A stretch of DNA of 12,331 nt. Source: a bacterium. GTDB taxonomy: Bacteria; BMS3Abin14. The notes under the pieces were generated by a model. It was given only the letters and a program-made list of their open reading frames with translations. It was not told the origin of the DNA and searched no databases. Both the position numbers and the translations under genes were made by a program. Below are positions 1 to 6,900 of this stretch, one piece after another. Numbering within the stretch: position 1 is the stretch's first letter; every line of letters begins with the position of its first letter. The stretch covers positions 920,562-932,892 of the forward strand of contig CP070698.1 in NCBI GenBank assembly GCA_020349685.1, in the 5' to 3' direction.

Positions 1-701
1 ACCCGGCACATTCTCTGGATCTCCCCCATCTGGGGGGTTTCATAGCTATGTCCCGTCCGTTCCATTTTCTCCAGGTCGCGCCTGGCAAGGACCTGATCAT
101 CGCTGGGTGAAGGCACATTTTTCGGAGTCACCTCCGGAAGGCTGCCAACATCAGGGGACAGGAGCCGGCGTATCTTTGGAATGAGCAGATCAGGGAGATG
201 GTGTCTTTCAACGTAGTCATCAGCTCCGTAGAGCGAGGTTGGCGCACGTTTGTAACGAGCGGCGTGATGCACGGCCGACATGAGGATGGAGGGGACCCGC
301 CGATCTTCGACGGCATCCTCGACCTTGTCGAGGAGTTCATAACCCATCATGTCAGGGAGATAAACGCTGACAAGGATGAGGTCTGGCGCCCCTTTCTCGA
401 TGGCCTTGAGAGCCGCCCTTCCATTGATCGCGAGGTGACCCTTGAAAGCGCCCGATTCCAGGATCCTCTGGATCAGTTTTCCCAACTCCTCCTCGTCCAC
501 CACGATGAGGATCTGCCCGGCTGAATCCTCCGGTGGGCTGTCAGCCTGAAGCCGCATGATGGGAATAAGGGTACCGCACGCGCGGCAGGGGAAGGAGGTG
601 ATCCCTGAGGGGAGCTTTTCAGGGTGGATCTTGTAAACCTTGTCGCAACCCTCGCATTTGATGATGTTCCCGGATGTACCTGTGCTGGAAACTGAACTCA
701 T
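1..701 (-). CDS. Zinc-ribbon + atypical (pseudo-)receiver domain protein, 3'-truncated by the window edge
   Basis: Translated by hand because it has no stop in the window and is missing from the ORF track. ATG at 701 with GGGAG about 10 nt upstream; frame open to position 1. N-terminus IIKCEGCDKVYKIHPEKLPSGITSFPCRACGTLIPI (CxxC-x19-CxxC zinc ribbon), then receiver-fold sequence QILIVVDEEELGKLIQRILE...APDLILVSVYLPDMMGYELL...VPSILMSA...LYGADDYVERHHLPDLLIPKIRRLL. Confidence 0.88.
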   Translation of the reverse strand, partial: MSSVSSTGTSGNIIKCEGCDKVYKIHPEKLPSGITSFPCRACGTLIPIMRLQADSPPEDSAGQILIVVDEEELGKLIQRILESGAFKGHLAINGRAALKAIEKGAPDLILVSVYLPDMMGYELLDKVEDAVEDRRVPSILMSAVHHAARYKRAPTSLYGADDYVERHHLPDLLIPKIRRLLSPDVGSLPEVTPKNVPSPSDDQVLARRDLEKMERTGHSYETPQMGEIQRMCR

Positions 702-739
702 GGATTTGATTCTCCCGGATGGATGGGAATTCAGAGGCC

Positions 740-1510
740 TCAACCAGATGGCAGTTCGAGGTGCCCGGAACCATCTTCCTCGTCAAGTTTCAGGATCCTG
801 CCAAGGTTGAGCAGGATGATCAGTCTGTCGTCTATTTTTCCTATACCCCGAAGGAACTCCCCCTCGACGCCGCCGAGGATCTCGGGCGGCGGATCGATCT
901 TGCTGAGCGGGATGTCAAGGACTTGCACGACACTGTCGACATGAAGGCCGAAAAAATTCTCCCGCGATTTAACAACGACGATCCTGTTCTGCGGTCCCCG
1001 TTCACCCCGCGGCAAGCCAAGCCGTAAACTGACGTCGAAGACAGGGATGATCGTCCCCCTCAGGGAGAAGATACCGAGGATATAGTCAGGAGTTTTTGGG
1101 ACCTCCGTTGTCTCCTTCGGCCTTATGATCTCCTTGATGTCCATTATATTGAGGGCATATTCCTCCTGACCAAGCTTGAAGGTCAGAAGCTGCAGAAGCT
1201 CCTCCTCTTCCTCCTTGACATCTTCCCGCTGGCTCAGAAGAACGTCATCGAGGCTGCTAAGAGATTCCGGGATCTCTTCCAGCGGACCTTCTCCAGGCGC
1301 CTCACCTGTGTCCCTTGGAATATCCTTCCCGGAAGCGGAATCCCCTTCGGGCAGACCACTATTATCCATCACCTCCTCCTCGTTGACCGAAGCGGGCGCC
1401 TGTTCCTTGACAGATGTTCTCTTTTCGGTTCTGGCTTCCGTCTCCTGGGCGGCCTTTTTCTTCCTGGGCTTCCTGCTCTTGGCCTTTTTCCTGATCTGAA
1501 CTAGATCCAT
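740..1510 (-). CDS. cheW: Chemotaxis scaffold protein CheW with about 100-aa low-complexity N-terminal extension
   Basis: CheW motifs LLTFKLGQEEYALNIMDIKEII, VPKTPDYILGIFSLRGTIIPVFD, FGLHVDSVVQV, FLRGIGKIDDRLIILLNL. Start reassigned from 1576 to ATG 1510 (MDLVQIRKKAK), which has GGGGAG 6 nt upstream; the longer ORF begins inside the hairpin repeat element. Confidence 0.93.
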   Translation of the reverse strand: MDLVQIRKKAKSRKPRKKKAAQETEARTEKRTSVKEQAPASVNEEEVMDNSGLPEGDSASGKDIPRDTGEAPGEGPLEEIPESLSSLDDVLLSQREDVKEEEEELLQLLTFKLGQEEYALNIMDIKEIIRPKETTEVPKTPDYILGIFSLRGTIIPVFDVSLRLGLPRGERGPQNRIVVVKSRENFFGLHVDSVVQVLDIPLSKIDPPPEILGGVEGEFLRGIGKIDDRLIILLNLGRILKLDEEDGSGHLELPSG

Positions 1511-1536
1511 CACAATCTCCCCGTTGGCGTGTTCCA

Positions 1537-1697
1537 TTTTGATGGACTTAAAAAGAGCCATCAACGCGCCCCGCACGGGGCGCCCAGATCAATGACGGGC
1601 ACTTTAAGTCATTGATTTGTGAGGAAAGCGGAAACCACGCTTTTCGCTTTCCGTGGAGCCAAAAGTCCCGGTTGGACTTTTGGCGATCCTTTCAAAA
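1537..1697. repeat. Multi-hairpin palindromic element with terminal inverted repeats (MITE/REP-like)
   Basis: Ends TTTTGA (1537-1542) and TCAAAA (1692-1697). Five consecutive stems: TTGATGG/CCATCAA (1539-1564), GCGCCCC/GGGGCGC (1566-1583), ATCAATGAC/GTCATTGAT (1588-1616), GGAAAGCG/CGCTTTCC (1623-1652), GCCAAAAGTCC/GGACTTTTGGC (1658-1684). The palindromes are seen directly; mobility and multi-copy status are inferred. Confidence 0.7.
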
Positions 1698-2507
1698 CTA
1701 GACCGGCTCGAGATCGAGATCCTCAACGACGTCAAGAATGACGTCCGGGCCGATCCGGGAAAGATCCTTGGAAAACCCCATCAACAGGGCGTTGGCGGAA
1801 ATGTTGTTGATGACCCTCGGCAGTCCTCCGGAATATCTGAAAATGACATCGACCGCCTCCTCATCGATGAGCTCTCCATCTCCGCCGGCGGTCTCAAGCC
1901 GATGGGCGATATATTTTCCTGTGTCCTCACGCCCGATGGGCCCCAGATGATAGCGGATGCCGACACGTTGTCTGACGGCTTCAAATGTCCCCCTTTTTAG
2001 CCGTTTGCGCAGTTCAGGCTGTCCTATGAGGACAAGGCAAAGGAGGTTGGCGTCGTCAAGCTGGAAGTTCGTGAGCAGTCTGATCTCCTCAAAAGTTGAC
2101 TTGGAGGGGATCAACTGGGCCTCGTCGATAATGATCACCGGACAGATATCCTCCTCGTAGAATCGATAGAGGGTCTGGTTGATCTGGTTCAGAAGGTCGG
2201 CCCTGAAATAGGAAGGAGACTCTACGCCGAGTCGCTGGGCGACGGTTTTGAGGAACTGGTTGGGCGACAGGCGGGGATTGATGATAAGCATGGGATGATA
2301 GTTGTCGGGCAGGAGGTCTATGAGAGCCCTGCTGAGGAGGGTTTTTCCCGTGCCGATCTCACCGGTCAGAAGAGTAAGCTCCCGCTCTTCCGTACCGTAC
2401 TGCAAGCGGGCCAGGGCCTCCTCGTGGATAGGGCTCCGGTAGAAGAAAGCCGGATTGGGAGTTTTGTCAAAAGGCTTCGCGGTCAACCCGTAATGATCAA
2501 GGTACAT
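1698..2507 (-). CDS. ExeA/GspA/MshM-like AAA ATPase (ATPase domain only)
   Basis: N-terminal YLDHYGLTAKPF...P.FFY motif, Walker A GEIGTGKT, Walker B VIIIDEAQ, LIGQPEL and SGGLPRVIN motifs typical of ExeA-family ATPases. 269 aa with no C-terminal membrane or peptidoglycan-binding part. ATG overlaps the cheA stop (TGATG). Confidence 0.9.
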   Translation of the reverse strand: MYLDHYGLTAKPFDKTPNPAFFYRSPIHEEALARLQYGTEERELTLLTGEIGTGKTLLSRALIDLLPDNYHPMLIINPRLSPNQFLKTVAQRLGVESPSYFRADLLNQINQTLYRFYEEDICPVIIIDEAQLIPSKSTFEEIRLLTNFQLDDANLLCLVLIGQPELRKRLKRGTFEAVRQRVGIRYHLGPIGREDTGKYIAHRLETAGGDGELIDEEAVDVIFRYSGGLPRVINNISANALLMGFSKDLSRIGPDVILDVVEDLDLEPV

Positions 2508-4546
2508 CAGTGTGTCCTCTTGCCCATGGCCCCGAGCCTGACAGCCTCCATCATGAGGCCGGCCACATCGAGTACGAGGATGGTTGACTGGTCACCCAGT
2601 TCAGCGGCCCCGGCCAACCCAACGCTTTTGGAAAAAGAATCGCCAAGGGGCTTGATGACGACGTCCTGCTTGCCGATGAGGTCGTGTGTCACCAGTCCCA
2701 TGTTCCTGTTTGCCATGGCGATGATAACGACGTAGAGGGATTCCCCTGCGGAGATATCCGGCAGGCCGAAGATCTTTTCAAGCCGTATCAGTGGAAGGGT
2801 GCGGTCGCGGAGGGTTATCACCTCCTGCCCCTGCATGGTCTTGATCTCCTTGCCGGTGAGCTCAAGTGTCTCCTGAATGGAACCCATCGGAACGGCGAAG
2901 ATGCGGCTTCCGTTCCTGATGAGAAGCGCCTGAAGGATCGCCAGTGTTATGGGCAGGGTCATGACCACCCGCGTGCCCCTGTCCTTGGTCGAATGGATCT
3001 CGACCGCACCGCCTACCTTTTCAAGCTCCTTTCGGACCACATCCATTCCGACCCCACGCCCCGAGATCTCCGTTACACCCTCCTTGGTTGAAAAGCCGGG
3101 TTTGAAAAGAAGGTCCAGCACTTCATCATCACTGATGGCATCGTCCCTTTTGAAATGCCCTCTCCGCACGGCCTCCTTTTTGACCTTGAGCAGGTCGATA
3201 CCCTTTCCGTCATCCTCAACTTCCAGGATGACGTGGTTTCCCTGCTGGTAGGCCGAAACCTTGATGTTCCCCGCATCGGATTTTCCCTTTGACCGTCTAA
3301 CCTGGGCATCCTCGATGCCGTGATCAAGAGAGTTGCGCACGATGTGAAGCAGGGGTGAGACCATCTCCTCCATGATCATCTTGTCCAGTTCGGTCTCGTG
3401 TCCAACAAAATGAAGGTTCACCTTTTTCCCGAGATCTTTGGCTATTTTTTTGGAAACTCTGTGAAGCCTGTTGTAGAGCTGCCCCATGGGAACCATCCTG
3501 ATGTCCATAACGCCGTCGCGGAGATCGACGAGCTTCTTCTCCATGTTTGAAGTACTTTTCTCGAGCTCCATTGTCAGGTCCGTTGGGATCGCCTCGCCCA
3601 TCTCTTTGAGACGCCTGGTCGTGTTAAGGAAGCCGGATTTGAGGATGACAAGCTCCCCCACGAGATTCATGAGATAATCCAGCTTTCCTATGTCGACCCT
3701 CACCGTCTGACTGACGCCCCTGATCTCATCCTCGAAGGCGCCCTCATCCAGACCCGGCGCAAAGTCAACTCCATCAGTCTGTGCATCTGAGGCAGGGGGA
3801 GCATCAGCGCGAGAGGGAACAGGCTCCAGGGTTCTACCTTTTTTGCCCAAAGCCTCGAAGACCTTCCCTTCCGGTTCCCTGGTAGTAAAGTAGAGGGTAA
3901 AACCGATATTCCCCTCCCCTCCAAGGTCCGTCTCGGGACGGGTTGTGATGAGTTCCCCCATTTCCCGGATTGTGGATCCGAGCTCTTCCAGTTGAACATC
4001 GAAACTGTCCAGTGGAAAACTGCAACGCACCCTGTAAAAAGGGATGCCTCTCCTGATGTTGTCCCGGAAGCGATGTTCTTCGTACTCGGACAGCATGTCC
4101 GTTATCCCGGGGGGAATGTTAATTGAAAGGGAGAGGTCGTCGTCGGAGACCCTTTCTTCCCCTTGTTCGAGCAGCGCCAGTTCCTTCAGGTAATTGTCCA
4201 GGTCAATGGAAACGTCTTCCTTCCCGCTGTTCACGGCCCTCACCATGCGCATGAGGTTCTGAACACCGCGTCCCAGGACCTCCACCACGTGGTCTGAAAG
4301 GGTGACCTTGTCCAGCCGGATGGAATCCAGGAGGTTTTCCAGCCTGTGTGAAAGGGAGGTGAGTCCTTCCAGGTTGAACATTCCCGAGAGGCCCTTAATG
4401 GAATGGGCATGCCTGAAAACAGCGTTTATGATATCCGGTTTGCGGTGATCGTCCTGGTCGAGATCCATCAGGAGGCTGATGGATTCATCCAGATTTTCCA
4501 GGATATCTTCCGCCTCGGCAACGAAATCCTTTAGAGACTGGTCCAC
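2507..4546 (-). CDS. cheA: Chemotaxis histidine kinase CheA
   Basis: HPt domain AVFRHAHSIKGLSGM (His48), dimerisation domain TVRVDIGKLDYLMNLVGELVI, N box HIVRNSLDHGIE, G1 EDDGKGID, F box LFKPGFST, G2 GRGVGMDVV, C-terminal CheW-like P5. GTG start with AGGAG 7 nt upstream. Confidence 0.97.
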   Translation of the reverse strand: MDQSLKDFVAEAEDILENLDESISLLMDLDQDDHRKPDIINAVFRHAHSIKGLSGMFNLEGLTSLSHRLENLLDSIRLDKVTLSDHVVEVLGRGVQNLMRMVRAVNSGKEDVSIDLDNYLKELALLEQGEERVSDDDLSLSINIPPGITDMLSEYEEHRFRDNIRRGIPFYRVRCSFPLDSFDVQLEELGSTIREMGELITTRPETDLGGEGNIGFTLYFTTREPEGKVFEALGKKGRTLEPVPSRADAPPASDAQTDGVDFAPGLDEGAFEDEIRGVSQTVRVDIGKLDYLMNLVGELVILKSGFLNTTRRLKEMGEAIPTDLTMELEKSTSNMEKKLVDLRDGVMDIRMVPMGQLYNRLHRVSKKIAKDLGKKVNLHFVGHETELDKMIMEEMVSPLLHIVRNSLDHGIEDAQVRRSKGKSDAGNIKVSAYQQGNHVILEVEDDGKGIDLLKVKKEAVRRGHFKRDDAISDDEVLDLLFKPGFSTKEGVTEISGRGVGMDVVRKELEKVGGAVEIHSTKDRGTRVVMTLPITLAILQALLIRNGSRIFAVPMGSIQETLELTGKEIKTMQGQEVITLRDRTLPLIRLEKIFGLPDISAGESLYVVIIAMANRNMGLVTHDLIGKQDVVIKPLGDSFSKSVGLAGAAELGDQSTILVLDVAGLMMEAVRLGAMGKRTH

Positions 4547-4560
4547 GCATCGTCTCCTGA

Positions 4561-4929
4561 TTAACCCAGAAGCTCCCGGACAAATTCCTGGAGTTGGGCA
4601 GGTTCGAACGGCTTGACCAGATATTTATCGGCACCCAGTTTCAGGCCGCGCTCCTTGTCCACATCCCGGCCCTCCGTGGTGACGATTATGACCGGGATAT
4701 GTTTGAAGTTCTCGCTCTGTTTGACGAACCTGACAACCTCCAGGCCATTGATGTCGGGCATGTTAATGTCCGTTATGACGAGATCAGGGGACACCTCGGG
4801 CAATTTCCTCAATGCCTGAAAACCGTTTGCTGCCTCGATGACCGTAAAATCCCCAATGGCCTCAAGGGACGAAATGATCAGGGATCTCGTCATCGGCGAA
4901 TCTTCTACTACCAGGATCTTCTTGCCCAT
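4561..4929 (-). CDS. cheY: Single-domain response regulator CheY
   Basis: 122 aa with all canonical receiver residues: acidic pocket VVED, Asp54 in ITDINMPDING, Thr84 in IIVTT, Lys106 in YLVKPF. Directly upstream of cheA. Confidence 0.92.
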   Translation of the reverse strand: MGKKILVVEDSPMTRSLIISSLEAIGDFTVIEAANGFQALRKLPEVSPDLVITDINMPDINGLEVVRFVKQSENFKHIPVIIVTTEGRDVDKERGLKLGADKYLVKPFEPAQLQEFVRELLG

Positions 4930-4944
4930 CTCTCATCCCTCCCG

Positions 4945-6900
4945 TCAGGATCTCTGGGATTTGAGCTTCATCTCCAGGAACGCCCTGTCAAGGGCCAGTC
5001 CGACGTGACTCAGGAAAATATCCAGCGTATGGGTCGGTTCCAGACCGCCGCACAGGGGGAAATCATCTCCGTAAAGCAGGACCGCCACCTTACCCATGCT
5101 GACAACAGGTCCGAGGAAGATCTCCCCGGGCGATCCTCCCCCGAGGGCCTCGAAAAGGGCGTTCTCGACATCCGAACCTGTTGGAGGTCCCTTGTAACCC
5201 TGCTGCTGCCGGGCGACCCGGTGGAACACCGAACCGTCGACCAGAGGAAGATTCAGAGAACGCACGACGCTGTCGGCATCGACATTCTCACCCAGGTCCA
5301 CACCGAACTGTCCCAGGCCCCTGAGGTCGTCCTTTCTGACGAGGAACAGGATAGCCCTGTTGACGAAAGCAGAGGCGAAACGAAGGGCCATCAGCGTTAT
5401 CTCTCCACTGATGTCCTGTTTGTTCAGTTCTTTAACGAAGGAGCTGAGCCTCGCCATGTGGGGATCCGACGAGGTCTCACGAGGTGCGGCCTGTCCTTCA
5501 TCCAGGCCATCAAAGAGCAGATCGATCTCTTCCAATTCTTCGCTGAACTCCTGTTCGATATCGTAGTATCCCTCGCCCTGCCCTGTCTGCTCCACAGCCT
5601 GATGGGTCTCGGCTTCCTGATCGGAAGAAGGTTCCTCAAAGGAATCGGCCTGTTCCCCTTCCTCTCCGGGTTTTTCAAGGGGCACGGGCTCTGCCTCTTC
5701 CAGGCCTGCCATGGGCGCTGGACCCGCAACTTCGATAACGATGTTCAGGATCTGAGCGGCCATGCCTTTGCCGGGTTCACCGGACATCTTAAAGATGTCG
5801 AGGCCGGGCACCGCCTTGAGCTTTTCCTCCAGACCACCGGCAAGCTCCCGCCTGCACACGAGACCCACGGGCAGATGGAAACCGAAATCCCACATCGTGG
5901 AAACGGCCTCCAGGCCTCCCATGAGCCTGCCGTCAGTGATGCCCGCTGACTCGAGATCCACCAGAAGGTAGGGGGATTGCCCCTGCTGGCGAATTTCCTG
6001 GACCCTGGTCAGAGCATCAGCAACGTTGTCGTGGACAAGGAGATCGATCCCTGCTCTGACGAATCCCCCGGTGATCTCCACCACCAGGGATGGCTGAAGG
6101 CCGACGGCAACGACCTTGCTGGAAAGCCGGCCCGGTAACTGCGGGAGCGCATCCGGGACCACAAACTCCCTTGCCTCTCTGTCCAGATCGTCCTCCGGTG
6201 TTTCCTCCTCAACCTGCTCAGCCCTGCCGGTCAGGTGTTCCTCGAATTCCTGTTCCCAGTCGCCGCCCAGGACTCCGCCCGGATCGACCATGGGGCTCTT
6301 GTCCCGGATCTCTTCGGTGGACGCTCCCCTGAGCATCTCGTCCTTTCTCCGCGCGCCCTCCATGACCAGGAACTGGGCCCCCATCCCTTCGTCAAGAAAA
6401 AAAGGAGCGACTTTGGAAAGGACCGGATGAGAACTCTCATCCTCGATGAGCTGGAAACTGAAGGTGCCCTCCTCCCATGCGAAAAGGGAATACGTCAACT
6501 CCTCGACCCTCGTTTTCAGAACCTTCTGCAGCTTGTCATTGCTAATACCGGTTCTGGCCTCGAGTGATGCTCTAAAGTCGGCCGCAGAGGGAGCCGATTC
6601 CAGCTCCTCTTTAAAGGAGAACACCTGGTCCGCTTCGATGAGGCCGCTTTGGGCCAGAAGGCTCAGGACCCCCTCCTTCTCCTCTGAACTGGCAGCAAAG
6701 ATCACCTTTCCCGCCTTTATGAAAAGACTGGCTCTTCCTCCGGGCCCTTCCAGGCGCAACAGACCGGACCTCTTGCTGAGGCTCACGATCTGAAGTATCT
6801 CTCCCAGGGAAAGGTCTTCCAGTCTGCCGACCAGGCTCATTGTTGGATCCAGAACCGCGCCGGAAGCACCCATCCTTCCGCTTTCCTTTTCGCTGCTCAC
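4945..6900 (-). CDS. DUF4388 (PATAN-like) domain protein with degenerate receiver-like middle domain and C-terminal GAF-like domain
   Basis: MSLVGRLEDLSLGEILQIVSLSKRSGLLRL...LFIKAGKVIFA...LFAWEEGTFSF...LVMEGARRKDE is the DUF4388 pattern. Middle region ...SPYLLVDL...MGGLEAV looks receiver-like. C-terminal RAILFLV...SVFHRVA...LGPVVSMGKVAVLLYGD...VGLALDRAFL looks GAF-like. GTG 6900 has GGAGG upstream and overlaps the previous stop; ATG 6840 is an alternative start. Confidence 0.82.
   Translation of the reverse strand: MSSEKESGRMGASGAVLDPTMSLVGRLEDLSLGEILQIVSLSKRSGLLRLEGPGGRASLFIKAGKVIFAASSEEKEGVLSLLAQSGLIEADQVFSFKEELESAPSAADFRASLEARTGISNDKLQKVLKTRVEELTYSLFAWEEGTFSFQLIEDESSHPVLSKVAPFFLDEGMGAQFLVMEGARRKDEMLRGASTEEIRDKSPMVDPGGVLGGDWEQEFEEHLTGRAEQVEEETPEDDLDREAREFVVPDALPQLPGRLSSKVVAVGLQPSLVVEITGGFVRAGIDLLVHDNVADALTRVQEIRQQGQSPYLLVDLESAGITDGRLMGGLEAVSTMWDFGFHLPVGLVCRRELAGGLEEKLKAVPGLDIFKMSGEPGKGMAAQILNIVIEVAGPAPMAGLEEAEPVPLEKPGEEGEQADSFEEPSSDQEAETHQAVEQTGQGEGYYDIEQEFSEELEEIDLLFDGLDEGQAAPRETSSDPHMARLSSFVKELNKQDISGEITLMALRFASAFVNRAILFLVRKDDLRGLGQFGVDLGENVDADSVVRSLNLPLVDGSVFHRVARQQQGYKGPPTGSDVENALFEALGGGSPGEIFLGPVVSMGKVAVLLYGDDFPLCGGLEPTHTLDIFLSHVGLALDRAFLEMKLKSQRS

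Noticed and set aside
23-37. CCCCC-ATCT-GGGGG hairpin near the left edge
   Set aside because: It is short, lies within an open coding frame and is explicable by chance in GC-rich DNA.
128-524. ORF-track entries 128..340 (-) and 198..524 (+)
   Set aside because: Both overlap the real zinc-ribbon/receiver reading frame (701 to <1) in another frame or strand.
1511-1576. Longer CheW N-terminus starting at GTG 1576
   Set aside because: It starts inside the hairpin element and lacks an SD; ATG 1510 has a well-spaced GGGGAG.
1537-1697. CRISPR array, tRNA or simple rho-independent terminator
   Set aside because: The hairpins are all different with no repeat-spacer periodicity, there are no tRNA D/T-loop motifs, and five stems with inverted ends exceed a simple terminator. 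Partial terminator activity is not excluded.
4594-5949. 451-aa plus-strand ORF, and other long plus-strand ORFs (7773-8570, 11271-12173, 9088-9585, 9586-10080, 2295-2735)
   Set aside because: They lie antisense to well-supported genes, show no recognisable motifs, and are expected shadow ORFs of GC-biased codon usage.
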